From positions 421,785 to 485,784 of the forward strand of contig CAWCKJ010000002.1 in assembly GCA_963796105.1 (NCBI GenBank): 64,000 nt of DNA. The letters run 5' to 3'. This document shows, piece by piece, positions 13,061-24,417 of this stretch; position 1 is the stretch's first letter; each line of letters begins with the position of its first letter. The notes under the pieces are model-generated. The model saw nothing but the letters and a program-made list of their open reading frames with translations. It did not search any database and was not told the origin of the DNA. The DNA is from a candidate division FCPU426 bacterium (GTDB taxonomy: Bacteria > Oederibacteriota > Muellerivitia > Muellerivitales > Muellerivitaceae). Position numbers and translations under genes: made by a program.

Positions 13061-15015
13061 GCAATAAACACTTATCACCCCAGAGACTCAGAGACACAGA
13101 GAGATTCATTTTTGACAAAACCTGCGCTTTTAAGATTTTGGCTGGTTTGCTTTTATGCCTTCCAACCATGCCTGCGAATGCAAGCCCATTAACAACAGGC
13201 GCGGATTTCCTGCTGATGACCACCGGCGCGAGGCCGGACGGCATGGGCCAGGCTTTCAGCGCCGTGGCGGACGACATCAACACCCTTTCCTTCAACCCGG
13301 CCGGGTTGGGAAATATCCGGATGCCCGAGATAGGGTACGGCTACGAGAGTTTCAACGCGGGCATCAATTACAACTTCGTCGGGGCGTCCATCCCCATGGG
13401 AACCACCGGGGTTTTGGGCCTGGGTTACATCAGCATGGGGACAGCCCCGTTCAACAGTACCGCCAACCCATCCACGCCGAGCGTTTCAGCCCAGGACCAG
13501 GCCCTCGTGGGGGGATGGGGAAGATCCTTCTACGACCTGCACGTGGGAGCGGCCGTGAAGTACATCCTCCGCCAACTGGACAACGTCCAGGGCAACGGGC
13601 TGGGTTTTGACCTGGGCCTTCGGTACCGGATCATGCCGAGCCTGACTTTAGCCGCGAGCGCCATGAACCTGGGGGCTGGAATCAAGCTCGCCAGCCTGGA
13701 GCCCCTGCCGACGCAGTTGAACACGGGCGCGGCCTGGACCGCCCTGGAGATGCCCCTCCACAGCCTTACCTTCATGGCCAATGGCGTTTTAAACGTCAAC
13801 ACCAACACCCAGGCGCTGGGTGTCGGGACCGAGTATTGGTACCGGGACTTGTTCGCCTTGAGGGCGGGTTACCTGTCCAATTCCCGAGATGACGGTTTCA
13901 ACTCGAGCGGATTTTCAGCCGGCGCGGGAATCAGGATTTCCTTCCTCCAGCTGGATTACGCCTTCCAGCCCTACAATACCCTCGGGATGGTCCACCGCGT
14001 CTCGGGCATCTTGCGGTGGGACGGGCCATGGGTTGCGGGCGGGGAACCCAACGCCCCAAAATACGTGAACGCGGTTGAGACGGCCGGGGACATCGAGGTC
14101 CGCTGGGATAAATCCCAAGGCCCGGTCCAGTCCTATGAGGTCCTGGTCCAGCCCCTGGATGGGAGCGATTTGTTCGTCTCGGAGCCCGTGGTTAAACCCT
14201 TTTATGTTTACAAGAATGACAAACCCGATACCCTTTACCGCATCTCGGTCCGCGCGGTCAATAACGGAATCCGCAGTTTTCCCTCCAATGAGACTTATCT
14301 CGAGAGCCGTACAGTCCAAATTGCCGGGCAAAATACCGGTTTAGGCGCTCAAAATGCCCCGGCGCTTGCACCCGTTCCCCGCGAACAACAAGGACTTGAG
14401 ACCATCCGCGTAGTTCCTCCGCAAGGAATCGGAGGGAACGGTAATATCGACCTGAACGCGGATGTTGTCGGTTTGAGGGTTTCCTGGAAAATCCCGCCTT
14501 TCGCCACCTCGGGCTATAACCTTTACAAGAAATCCCCCTCGAACCATGTGGAAAAGGTCACCCTGGAGCCGAAGAAAAGCAACGTCGTTTGGGTGACGGA
14601 CACTTCCGGCCTTCAGGGCTGGGAATGGATCGTGACCGCGGTCACACCTGACGGGAAATCCGAAAAAGCCCTGGGCCATTTCCTCTGGTATCCCTCGCCC
14701 CGGGAAGCGGAAATCTTAACGGCTCCTCCGGTGGTGAAATTGAACGCCAGCCCCCAGGCAAGGAGGAAGGTCTTTTTGGACTGGGATCGGAACCCGTCGG
14801 AGGCGGGCTATGCGCTATTCGTCAGCCGGGAACCGGATAATGTGTACGAGCTTTTTGAGGTGTCCAAGAACAGTAACCCGAATGTGTTGCTTCAACTCTC
14901 CAATAATCACAGTCCCTATTTTTTTATGGTCGTTCCCAGAAACGCTGATGGGACTTGGTTGAATCGCTCCAATGAAGCCAAGGTGGAGCCCTTCTCGGAT
15001 GTTCCGAAACAATAA
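13057..15015 (+). CDS. PorV/PorQ-family outer-membrane barrel with C-terminal Fn3-like domains
   Basis: [36 protein letters not shown] is the PorV/FadL-like N-terminal motif. The barrel ends near [12 protein letters not shown] and is followed by Fn3-like W...Y...Y segments. ATGA overlap with the upstream gene; exact start uncertain. Confidence 0.75.
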   Translation: MSNKHLSPQRLRDTERFIFDKTCAFKILAGLLLCLPTMPANASPLTTGADFLLMTTGARPDGMGQAFSAVADDINTLSFNPAGLGNIRMPEIGYGYESFNAGINYNFVGASIPMGTTGVLGLGYISMGTAPFNSTANPSTPSVSAQDQALVGGWGRSFYDLHVGAAVKYILRQLDNVQGNGLGFDLGLRYRIMPSLTLAASAMNLGAGIKLASLEPLPTQLNTGAAWTALEMPLHSLTFMANGVLNVNTNTQALGVGTEYWYRDLFALRAGYLSNSRDDGFNSSGFSAGAGIRISFLQLDYAFQPYNTLGMVHRVSGILRWDGPWVAGGEPNAPKYVNAVETAGDIEVRWDKSQGPVQSYEVLVQPLDGSDLFVSEPVVKPFYVYKNDKPDTLYRISVRAVNNGIRSFPSNETYLESRTVQIAGQNTGLGAQNAPALAPVPREQQGLETIRVVPPQGIGGNGNIDLNADVVGLRVSWKIPPFATSGYNLYKKSPSNHVEKVTLEPKKSNVVWVTDTSGLQGWEWIVTAVTPDGKSEKALGHFLWYPSPREAEILTAPPVVKLNASPQARRKVFLDWDRNPSEAGYALFVSREPDNVYELFEVSKNSNPNVLLQLSNNHSPYFFMVVPRNADGTWLNRSNEAKVEPFSDVPKQ

Positions 15016-15181
15016 GCGCGGATAATCCCTGTTTGTTCTCTCCTGAATCCGTTTCCTTTGTTGGCAGGAAATACAAGCTAATTCTTTTCGCGAATACTCG
15101 GAAGCCCTTATATTCCAAATATATTGTCAAGAATGTGGTAATGTATAAATCAACAAATGCCAAGTAAGGAGGTCATTCGAT

Positions 15182-15223
15182 ATGGCAGCTAAGAAAAAAG
15201 TCGCGAAGAAGAAAAAGAAGTAA
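15182..15223 (+). CDS. 13-aa lysine-rich micropeptide MAAKKKVAKKKKK
   Basis: Near-perfect SD TAAGGAGGT (15165-15173) 8 nt before the ATG; mixed AAG/AAA codons; TAA stop followed by an intrinsic terminator. Confidence 0.65.
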   Translation: MAAKKKVAKKKKK

Positions 15224-15249
15224 ATAACGTTCGCAATATTCGTTGAATC

Positions 15250-15281
15250 AAGCCTGGACACTTTTGTTCAGGCTTTTTTTT
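15250..15281 (+). terminator. Rho-independent terminator
   Basis: AAGCCTGGACA-cttt-TGTTCAGGCTT followed by a T run. Confidence 0.8.
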
Positions 15282-15438
15282 GTCTCGGGCACCAAAGATG
15301 CCGTTTAACTTGCGTGAAAGAATGAAGGTTTCTTACCGGAAATCCAAATGATTCCTGTCCGCTTGCAAGGCCGGCCTATTCTAAGTTATGCTTCGATGGG
15401 TATAGAGATAAGGCCTAAATCGGAGAACAAAAAAACCG

Positions 15439-17933
15439 ATGAATCGAAGAAAATCCCCAATTTTTCATGGCTTTTTCCGGCTGGCTTTACTGGGTTTAGC
15501 GTTGTTTTCATTCTTGCCCCATTCCCGGGCTGAGGCGGCTGGCCACCAAATTTTGAAAGGCCATGTGCCGGAGGCTGTTTCAACCGCGCCCCTGGTGGGG
15601 CCCCTTGAAGATACTACCAAGTTCCATTTGGCCATCGGACTTCCCCCGCAAAACCAAGCTGATTTGGAGAACCTCCTTAAGGATTTATATGATCCCAGGA
15701 GCACCCTCTACAGGAAATTCCTCACGCCGGAAGAATACGCGATGAGATTCGGCCCCTCCGAGAGTGATTACCAGGCCGTGGCTGACTTCTTCCGATTGAT
15801 GGGCATGAGGGTGGATCGGACTTATCCCAACAGGCTCTTGATGGATGTGAGCGGGACGGCAGGGGATATTCGAAGGGTTTTCCATGTCCAAATGAACAAA
15901 TACCGCAGGCCTGACGGGAGTTTGTTCCAAGCTTCTGACAGCGAACCCTCTCTCGACTTAGATATCTCCATACAGCACGTGAGCGGTTTGGACAATTTCA
16001 ACCGCGTCTATCCGAAAATGCGGAAACTGACCCGGTCCTTTAGAAAGTATGCTGGCGGCTTGGGCGCGAAAAACGGGTCGGTTCAGGTGGGCGTGACCCA
16101 ACTATACCGGGGAAAGGATTTGAGGGATTCTTATGTCCCGAATCTTCCGGCATCGGTGAATGGAGCGGGACAATCCGTGGGATTGCTTGAATATGACGGC
16201 TGGTATGCTTCCGATTTAACTTACTATGAGACCCATTGGAGTCCCGCGATAACAGCACCCGCTCCAATAACCTATGTTGCGGACACCTATAACAGTTTTA
16301 ACGGGACCCCGATTTACGCGCTGGATACCGACGAAGTTTCCTTGGATATAGAGATGGTGGTCTCCATGGCGCCGGGAGCGCAGGTCGTAGTCTATGAGGC
16401 TTCCCCTGACGACCCCAGCCTGAGCGCTTCCGCAAACGACATTCTCGCGGCCATGGCCACCACCCTCAGGTGCAACCAGGTCAGCAGTTCCTGGGGAGGA
16501 TATGGTGACACCACTACGACCAACCTAATGAACCAGCTGGCGTCACAAGGCCAGGCCTATTTCGAGGCGTCTGGCGATTACGGGGCCTATGTCAGGGGAG
16601 ATCCAACCCCCTCGATCGCGGCGGCGGGAGACCCCAGCCTCTATACCAGCCAGTTTGAGACCTTGGTCGGGGGGACGGCCTTGTCCACCACGAATCCAGC
16701 CGGAACTCCCGCGAGCATATCCTATATCTCCGAGAAGACCTGGAACGATTCCATTGGCGCGAGCGGGGGAGGTTCCTGCACGAACCTGATGAACATTCCC
16801 TCCTACCAGGCTCCCGTCCCCATGACAACAAATGGCGGATCCACCCAATGGCGAAACCTGCCCGACGTTTCGGCCGCGGCCGCCAGCCTGCTTCTGGTTT
16901 CCGAAAATTATAGTACCACCGGTAAGGCTGTTTCCTATTTGGGTTTGATAGACGGAACCAGCGCTTCCTCGCCCCTCTGGGCTGCTTTCTGGTCCCTGGC
17001 CAACCAACAGGCTAGCGCATCAGGCAAGGGTCCCGTTGGCTCGGCCAACCCCCCCTTTATTCCCTGGCTCTCACACCGACCTCGTACGCAAATGATTTTC
17101 ATGATATCAACGACGGGAGCAATAATAATTACACGTTTTCCGGACCCTATACGGCTGTTACCGGCTACGACCTGGCCACAGGTTGGGGAAGCCCTAACGG
17201 GCAAAATTTAATCAACGATTTGGCCGGAGTCGCCCGAACCGCTACCCCCACCGCTACCCCCACGCGGACGCCGACCGCGACCGCTACCCGCACCATGACT
17301 CGCACCAAGACCTGGACACCGACCATTACTTTCACCCCGACGATTACCCTTACGCCCACGATTACCAATTCACCCACTATTACGAACACGCCAACCATTA
17401 CCCTGACCCCCACTTGGACCCCGACAGTAACGGACACACCCACCAACACCCAGACCTATACTCCGACCGATAGTTTCACCCCCACGAACACCCCCACCGT
17501 GACCGACACACCCACCATCACCCCCACACCCACAATTACTGACACGCCCACAGATACCTACACCCCGACTATAACTCCAACTCCCACGATCACCGATACA
17601 CCGACCGCGACACCCACTCCAACCCCGACTTTCGTGCCTGGGCTTCCTTTTTCAGTTCAAGCTTTCCCGAACATCTCCACCGCCGGGGCGCCCATCCAAT
17701 TCAACGTGAACCTGCCGATTCCCATGAGGGTTTATTTGGTAGTCTTTACGTTGGCGGGTGAACCGGCTTTCGCGACCCATGTCCAATATTGGGAGGGCGC
17801 CAACAAGTACCAATGGAAGCCAATGAACCAAAATGGGGAACCGCTCGCCAGCGGGCTATATATCTACTATGTCCGGGCGGTCAACGGGGACCAAGCCTAC
17901 AAAAAAATTGGGAAAATACTCATCTCCCACTGA
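15439..17933 (+). CDS. S53 (sedolisin/kumamolisin) protease with pro-domain, Thr-rich linker and FlgD-Ig/T9SS-like CTD; one frameshift at C7 run 17049-17055
   Basis: Catalytic motifs EVSLDIE, SGDYG and GTSASSP. Adding one C restores NPPLYSL...[10 protein letters not shown]...[11 protein letters not shown] in frame with ORF 17220-17933, which ends FPN...SGLYIYYV...GKILISH. Confidence 0.85.
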
Positions 17934-18095
17934 GGGCTCATTCGAACCTTATCCGATGGACCAGTAAAAATGACAACTGGATTTGTTTGAGGTAAACAAG
18001 GCGACAGCCCCGCTAATCAAGGGCCAATAAAGACTGGAATGAATCAAGATTAAAAATGGATGGACGGTCCCGATGTATTGACTTAGGAGGACTGT

Positions 18096-19730
18096 TTAAC
18101 TCAATTGCAGGGAAACAGGTTCCGGAAGAAACGCCCTTTTGAGCTGATCTTTGATCCTCGGATCGCCTTCTTTTTGAATGGCCGCCATTTCCGTCTCAAG
18201 CCTGCCCAAGACATAATCCCGGAAATCCTCGAAATGCAGGTAAAGGGCCATCACTGAAACGGCCTGACGGATGGCCACTGGGTTTTTGATGAGGACCTGG
18301 AGGAAAACTTTCCAGAATTCCCGGCGGGTGGAGGGCCTCATGCCCAATGTCCGCGCAAGACGGGTAAAGGAACGAAGGTACTTGACCTGAAGTCTCAAGG
18401 GGATTTTCAATTTATTCCGGGAACAATCCAGTATCAGCGACATGCGAAGGACCCTGCCGAAGAATTTCTCGGGGGTCAGGGATTCCTTCACCACGCGGTA
18501 GAAATCGTTCAGGATCTCATTGCGGGGGCGCAGCGTCGTGAAATTCAACCCTGCCACGCACTGGCAGGCGGTTTGATCGGGAGGTATCTCGAAATTCTCA
18601 TCCAGCCGGCCCTCTTTCTTCAAACGGCGAGTAAGCTGGGTGTTGGGCAGGGCGAACAAGAGCCCCACCATGTTGACCGGGATGGAGGTGGCCTCGATGC
18701 AATCCAGGATGGACTGTGCAACGTCGCCTTTTTCCCCGTCGAAACCCACGATGTACCCGGCGTTGACGATCATGCCATGTCGGATGAGCTTGTGGACGCT
18801 CTCGGCGATGGAACGGTGGGTGTTTTGGCGTTTTTGGGTCGCCAGGAGGGTCTCCTCGTTGGGATTCTCAATCCCCACGAACAGCCAGGCAAAACCCGCT
18901 TCCTGCATCAAATCCATCAGCGGCTCGTCGTCCGAAAGGTTCAGGGAAGCCTCCGTGGAAAACTCAAAGGGCCATTTATGCTCCTTGGTCCAGCGGATGA
19001 TATGGGGCAAAAGCTCCTTGACCGCCTTCTTGTTGCCTATGAAATTGTCGTCCACAATGTCCACGTGGCCGCGGTAGCCGAGCGCATAAAGTGTCTGAAG
19101 CTCCTTGAGAACCTGATCCGCGTTTTTTCCCCGGGGTTTGCGTCCGAAAAGCTCGATGATATCGCAGAACTCGCACATGAAGGGACAGCCGCGGTTCCAT
19201 TGGATGCCTACCTGGAGGTAATCGCTGAATTTTAACAGGTCGAAACGGGGAGTAGGGCTCTGGGTCATATCGGCCTTGCGGTCCGCTGCCAGATAGAGGT
19301 GCTTGGCGGCGCCTTGGTTAAAATCCTCCAAAAACTCGGGAAAGGTTACCTCAGCTTCGCCAAGGATGAGATGGTTCGCGTTATCGTATAAGTGGGGGCT
19401 GGAGGTCGCGTCGGGTCCTCCCGTCACCACGGTCTTGCCCAGGAGGCGAAAATGTCCAATTAATCGCAGATGGTCCGGCTGCTGGGAAATCATGCCTCCC
19501 AGGAAGATCATGTCGGCCCATTGGACATCCTGTTCGTTGAGCTCACGGGTATTGAGATCGTTTAGACGGACCTCCCAATGGGAGGGTAGCATGGAGGCCA
19601 CGGTAATAAGACCCAAGGGGGCCGCGGGATAACGGGCGCCGACTATTTCACAGGTAGCGCGGTAGTTCCAGAAGCTTTTGGAAGTGAAACGGGGATAGAC
19701 GAAAAGACAACGGTGAGAACGACTAAGCAT
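18096..19730 (-). CDS. B12-binding radical SAM protein (HpnP-like/DUF4070 type)
   Basis: RGCPFMCEFC (CxxxCxxC), N-terminal cobalamin-binding region (PLGLITVA, GGPDAT, GEAE); SD GGAGGG before ATG 19730. Confidence 0.85.
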   Translation of the reverse strand: MLSRSHRCLFVYPRFTSKSFWNYRATCEIVGARYPAAPLGLITVASMLPSHWEVRLNDLNTRELNEQDVQWADMIFLGGMISQQPDHLRLIGHFRLLGKTVVTGGPDATSSPHLYDNANHLILGEAEVTFPEFLEDFNQGAAKHLYLAADRKADMTQSPTPRFDLLKFSDYLQVGIQWNRGCPFMCEFCDIIELFGRKPRGKNADQVLKELQTLYALGYRGHVDIVDDNFIGNKKAVKELLPHIIRWTKEHKWPFEFSTEASLNLSDDEPLMDLMQEAGFAWLFVGIENPNEETLLATQKRQNTHRSIAESVHKLIRHGMIVNAGYIVGFDGEKGDVAQSILDCIEATSIPVNMVGLLFALPNTQLTRRLKKEGRLDENFEIPPDQTACQCVAGLNFTTLRPRNEILNDFYRVVKESLTPEKFFGRVLRMSLILDCSRNKLKIPLRLQVKYLRSFTRLARTLGMRPSTRREFWKVFLQVLIKNPVAIRQAVSVMALYLHFEDFRDYVLGRLETEMAAIQKEGDPRIKDQLKRAFLPEPVSLQLS

Positions 19731-20225
19731 GAACCCTCCAAGGGCCAAAAGTACCAGCCGGTCTTGTGGCTTCCGGGGGGTTCGTTTGGAAGAAATTTAC
19801 CATATGTGTTGATATATGACTTATATCACAATATGAGTCTCGTTCGCAACAACCCCAATCAAAATCAGATAACAAACAGGAGCAGATGAATGCGCCCTTG
19901 TTTATAAAAGAGGGATTTTGACTACAACAAATAGCTGTAAAGGACCCGAAAACAAGGTTTCGGAGGGCATAATTGGTTTTTGGGGATTGCCAATCGTGTT
20001 TATTTGCATATAAAGAGTTTGCTTGTAAAAGTTCGGTAAAATTTTCCAACCGGAGCAAATATCGGGGATTCGCCAATATAGCTTGGACGGCCAGATTAAC
20101 CTTTAAAACAATCCGGTCTTTAAAACAAAATCGTGGACGCAAATGGACCCTGCGGGGTTGACGATGAGTTATCCTATTCGCCTATGGCCCCAAAATGAGG
20201 TCAAAAAAAGAGAGAGGATGAGCAA

Positions 20226-21098
20226 ATGAAAATTCATTCTAAGGATTTCCGTGTCAAGGAAGGGGAAGAGGTCCGTCTTAAGAATTGGCCTACCAGGATA
20301 AAACCTTATTATGAAACAAAGGAAAAATACAAAAACATCCTGGAAGAGCAAATTGAAAGTCTTAGTTCCCTCCAGGGGCTTTTTTACGCCCACAATCGTT
20401 ACTCCTTGCTCCTGATATTCCAGGCTATGGACGCGGCGGGGAAGGACGGGGCCATCAAGCATGTCATGTCGGGAATCAATCCCCAAGGCTGCCAGGTTTC
20501 CAGCTTCAAGCGCCCCAGCGCGGAGGAACTTGAGCATGATTTTCTCTGGAGAACCACCCGCAACCTGCCGGAAAGGGGAAAGATCGGCATTTTTAACCGC
20601 TCTTATTATGAGGAAGTCCTCGTCGCTAGGGTCCATCCGGAGGTATTAAAGGGAGAACAGATTCCGGAAGAATTGATCGAGAAGGACAGCCTTTGGATAG
20701 AGAGGTACCGCTCCATCGTGGAGTTTGAGAAGCACCTTTACCGCAACGGGACCCGGATCCTGAAATTCTTCCTCCATCTCTCCAAGGAGGAACAAAGGAA
20801 ACGTTTTTTGGCCCGCCTGGAGGACCCGGAAAAAAACTGGAAATTCAGCATGAGCGATATCCAGGAAAGAAAATATTGGAAGGAATACTGGAAAGCCTAT
20901 GAGGAATGCCTGGGTTCGACAAGCACCGAGAAGGCACCCTGGTACATCGTGCCTGCGGACGATAAACCGAACGCGAGATTGATTATTTCACATTTGATCC
21001 TTCATGCCCTCGAGAACCTTAAAATGAGTTATCCCAAACCGGATGAGGGGCGTAAAAGGGAATTGGAATCCATCCGGAAAGAGCTGAAGAAGGATTAG
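20226..21098 (+). CDS. ppk2: Polyphosphate kinase 2 family protein
   Basis: [11 protein letters not shown]alker [38 protein letters not shown]. Confidence 0.92.
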   Translation: MKIHSKDFRVKEGEEVRLKNWPTRIKPYYETKEKYKNILEEQIESLSSLQGLFYAHNRYSLLLIFQAMDAAGKDGAIKHVMSGINPQGCQVSSFKRPSAEELEHDFLWRTTRNLPERGKIGIFNRSYYEEVLVARVHPEVLKGEQIPEELIEKDSLWIERYRSIVEFEKHLYRNGTRILKFFLHLSKEEQRKRFLARLEDPEKNWKFSMSDIQERKYWKEYWKAYEECLGSTSTEKAPWYIVPADDKPNARLIISHLILHALENLKMSYPKPDEGRKRELESIRKELKKD

Positions 21099-21164
21099 AC
21101 GCATGTGTCCGGGTGTTTTCTTCCTAAACGCGCGCGGGTTTTGATCAACTGCTAATTTTTTAGT

Positions 21165-21878
21165 CTAGCGCTTCTTTGCCTTGGACTTGTTCTCCAACAA
21201 AAAGCCGAAAAGGGGAATCAAGAACAACAGGCAGATCCATAACCAATTGTTCCCTATAAACTCCATGATTTTTTTGGGAAAAGGTGGAGGAGGGGGCGCG
21301 ACCACGGACACCATGGTATCAATGGTCTTGAGCAAGCGCGGTTCGTTGAGACTTTTTTTCTGCAAGACGATGGATAATTTTAAGGTCAACCGGTGGTCCC
21401 CTTCCTGAAGGGGGGTCACCATCCAGGTCCAAAGATTTGAATTAGCTGATACTGCCTGCTCGACTACCCCCGGAGGGGTAATACTAAAGGAACCGTCCCC
21501 CTCAAGGTCGGCCTCCAGCAAGTCCATTATATTGACATCCTTGGCTCCGCCCACATCACCGGATAGGGCGCCCTCCGCAACCTTTCTTTTAATTTTCTCA
21601 AGCTGGGCCGCCGCCAAAAGGCGAAGATCGATTTTTTGGGCCAGGTCTTTCATCATGGTTTGCGGCGGATTGTAAGTTATGTATTCCGGCAAGGTTAATT
21701 TTTTCAGAAGACGGTTCAGGGTCGTGGAGGGGTGGTTTTGCTGGGAAAAAACGCCGCTGGGATTTTCTGACTTTATTTCACTGGAAAGGGGTTTTTTCAT
21801 ACAGGACACAGAGAAAATGAAGGCGAAACAAAAAAGAATGACTACCACCCATAATGAACGGCTGTAGATTTTTTTCAT
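21165..21878 (-). CDS. Hypothetical membrane protein, possible lipoprotein
   Basis: 237 aa; N-terminal hydrophobic stretch ending SVSC and a C-terminal TM helix with a basic tail. Confidence 0.6.
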   Translation of the reverse strand: MKKIYSRSLWVVVILFCFAFIFSVSCMKKPLSSEIKSENPSGVFSQQNHPSTTLNRLLKKLTLPEYITYNPPQTMMKDLAQKIDLRLLAAAQLEKIKRKVAEGALSGDVGGAKDVNIMDLLEADLEGDGSFSITPPGVVEQAVSANSNLWTWMVTPLQEGDHRLTLKLSIVLQKKSLNEPRLLKTIDTMVSVVAPPPPPFPKKIMEFIGNNWLWICLLFLIPLFGFLLENKSKAKKR

Positions 21879-22499
21879 GATTCCCTCGCGCGAAAGTTAG
21901 GCATGTCCTGCTAAACATTCCAATGAGGTCTTTTGATGCCAGACCCCAAACATCCAAAATTACAGGAAGAGGTCTCGAACATTTGAAAGCGAGTCCACTT
22001 CCGGAGAGCAACTCGCACTATTATTCCCAAAAATGAGCTCGAATGTTAGCTAATTATTGATAAGTACGGGAAAAACCAATGAGAAATTAAGCGTAAAAGG
22101 GGAATTTACTACTTTTGGTGGTGGCAGAAAAGGGTATTGAAAAAGGCAAACCGTTTTGAATGGTCTAAGAAGTTATTGTAGAGGGGGTTGTCAAATCATT
22201 CCTACAATTTTATTTTCCACTAAATGAACCCGTCAATTTCCGGTATTTGGGAATTGTGGACGCATCGGTCATTTTTGGCAGGCAATCGTTGTGAACCATT
22301 CCAGAAGGATTCTGCGTTCCCGCGACTCAAAAGATTTATATGTATTTCACAAACCGATATCAATTCAGAAGACAAAGTGAACTTAAAACTCAGCTCGATG
22401 TGGTTTCATGAATACTTTGGGTTAATGACCTTTCCTATGGCGCGGGTGGCATTCGACTCAACTGCTTGTACCAATTTAAAGGGAATAAATTGAAAACGC

Positions 22500-22528
22500 T
22501 TGCAACAAAAAGATAAGGTGGTTATATT
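22500..22528 (+). promoter_or_regulatory. Sigma70-type promoter
   Basis: TTGCAA-17 nt-TATATT about 35 nt upstream of ORF 22564. Confidence 0.4.
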
Positions 22529-22563
22529 TATATTTCCGAACAAAATCGTGGTGAAAGACAATT

Positions 22564-23040
22564 ATGAAATGCCCTCATTGTGGAGCCAAAAACGACGCAG
22601 GAAACAAGGTTTGCAAGGATTGCGGTTTTGCCTTGAAACCGCAAACGGAAAACTCATCCTCAACCACTGTCACGGAATTATTGGGAAAAGACGTGGAGGT
22701 CCTATTTTTCACGGATAGTTTCACCGGGAAAATATCAGGTATCGTCAATCCTTCCCAGGACCAGATCTTGCGGTACAAAGACGGCATTCTTCAGCATGTC
22801 ACGATCTCCACCGGGGTTAGTGGCGTGACTGACGAGATGGCCGGGACCCTTTTGACTTTTATTCGCCAAAGCAAGGATTACCTGGGCGAGAATTTTAACG
22901 AAAACAATTATCGATCCTGGTCCACTGTTGAACTCAAGAAGGAATATCTCCGGCTTTTTGAGAAAATTTTCCTAAGGGCCAAGGTACAGCCGCAGGAATC
23001 AAAACCAGGGGGGCACATGGACAAGCCGGAAAAGAAATAA
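22564..23040 (+). CDS. Zinc-ribbon domain hypothetical protein
   Basis: N-terminus MKCPHCG...KVCKDCG. Confidence 0.65.
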   Translation: MKCPHCGAKNDAGNKVCKDCGFALKPQTENSSSTTVTELLGKDVEVLFFTDSFTGKISGIVNPSQDQILRYKDGILQHVTISTGVSGVTDEMAGTLLTFIRQSKDYLGENFNENNYRSWSTVELKKEYLRLFEKIFLRAKVQPQESKPGGHMDKPEKK

Positions 23041-23300
23041 TTCCTGCCCCTTGGGCGCCTATAATCTCCAAACCAGACCTCAAATCCCTTATAAGTCATA
23101 CCTTGAAAATTATTGGACTCTCCCAACCTCTGTGTTAAACTAATGCCCCGAAAAGCCCGTATTTACTGGGTTTTTTTTATTTGCCGGTTTATATGAACCG
23201 GGTACAATCAGCGAAAGAAAGAAATAAATATTAGAATTTCGTTTAACGCAAAATTCGGGTTTATCCTGCGTGAAATACCAACCTGAAAAAGGGGTTTGTC

Positions 23301-24341
23301 TTGCTCAATTTTCTCCTGGGTCTTTTTTCCAGCGATGTCGCCATCGACTTGGGAACAGCAACCACATTGGTATATGTCAAAGGCCGTGGAATCGTCCTCC
23401 AAGAACCATCCCTCGTAGTCGTTCATAAAAGTTCCAATCAAATACTGGCGGTCGGGAATGATGCCAAACTCATGCTGGGAAGAACGCCGGGATCTATCGT
23501 CGCAATTCGCCCCATGAAAGACGGCGTTATCGCCGATTTCGAGGTGACCGAAAGAATGCTTCGCTTTTTCATCTCAAAGGTCCACAACCGGCGATCCCTG
23601 ATCCGGCCCCGCATTGTCGTGGCCATACCCTCCGGATGCACGGAAGTGGAGAAAAGGGCTGTGCGAGACTCTGCTGAACAGGCTGGCGCGAGGGAAGTTT
23701 TCCTCGTGGAGGAGCCAATGGCGGCGGCAATTGGGGCGGGCATGCCAATCGCCGAACCCCAGGGAAACATGATCGTGGATATCGGCGGTGGAACGACCGA
23801 GGTGGCGGTTATCTCCCTGGGCGACGTGGTTTACGGGAAATCTATCCGGGTCGCGGGGGACGAGTTGGACGAAGCCATTATCAATTACATTAAAAAAACC
23901 TATAACATATTGATCGGGGAAAGAACGGCCGAGGATATCAAAATTCAAATAGGCTCCGCCTTCCCCTTGGACCAGGAACTGCGCATGCAAATCAAGGGCC
24001 GGGATTTGGTGACAGGCCTTCCCAAAACAATCGAGTTGACTTCCGAGGAGGTGCGCGGGGCCCTGGAGGAGCCTTTGGCTCCCATTATCGAAACCATCAA
24101 AATGACCCTCGAGAGGACTCCACCAGAACTGGCATCGGATATCGTAGACCGGGGAATCATCCTGGCCGGAGGGACATCCTTATTGAAGAATTTAGATGAG
24201 CGCCTTCGGGATGAAACCGGGGTACCCGTTAACTTGGCGGACGATCCCACCACCGCCGTGGCGATGGGAGCGGGGCACCTCTTGGACAGGTCCATGGATT
24301 TCTTAAAGCGTATTTCAGTCCTCGAAAAGGATTACAACTGA
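23301..24341 (+). CDS. mreB: Rod shape-determining protein MreB
   Basis: [40 protein letters not shown]. Confidence 0.97.
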   Translation: MLNFLLGLFSSDVAIDLGTATTLVYVKGRGIVLQEPSLVVVHKSSNQILAVGNDAKLMLGRTPGSIVAIRPMKDGVIADFEVTERMLRFFISKVHNRRSLIRPRIVVAIPSGCTEVEKRAVRDSAEQAGAREVFLVEEPMAAAIGAGMPIAEPQGNMIVDIGGGTTEVAVISLGDVVYGKSIRVAGDELDEAIINYIKKTYNILIGERTAEDIKIQIGSAFPLDQELRMQIKGRDLVTGLPKTIELTSEEVRGALEEPLAPIIETIKMTLERTPPELASDIVDRGIILAGGTSLLKNLDERLRDETGVPVNLADDPTTAVAMGAGHLLDRSMDFLKRISVLEKDYN

Positions 24342-24417
24342 TAAGGATGCCCGCCCGACCCACGGCCGCCATACCATTCGGATGGCCGACTCTGATAGCA
24401 GGACCGTTGGTTGATAT

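Noticed and set aside
17047..17060. Programmed -1 ribosomal frameshift in the S53 gene
   Set aside because: The zero-frame codons CCC TTT do not form an X XXY YYZ slippery site in the correct phase.
19731..20225. Cobalamin riboswitch upstream of the B12 radical SAM gene
   Set aside because: No recognisable B12-box or conserved core on the coding strand.
22141..22175. c-di-GMP-I riboswitch (GGCAAACC seed)
   Set aside because: Lacks the GNRA loop and the downstream GACGCAAAG element.
21879..22499. Short ORFs in the AT-rich intergenic region
   Set aside because: No SD, motif or coding-like composition; cannot be supported.
23142..23200. Short ORF and hairpin upstream of mreB as an attenuator
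   Set aside because: Imperfect stem and no SD; simpler to read as a terminator for the upstream gene.
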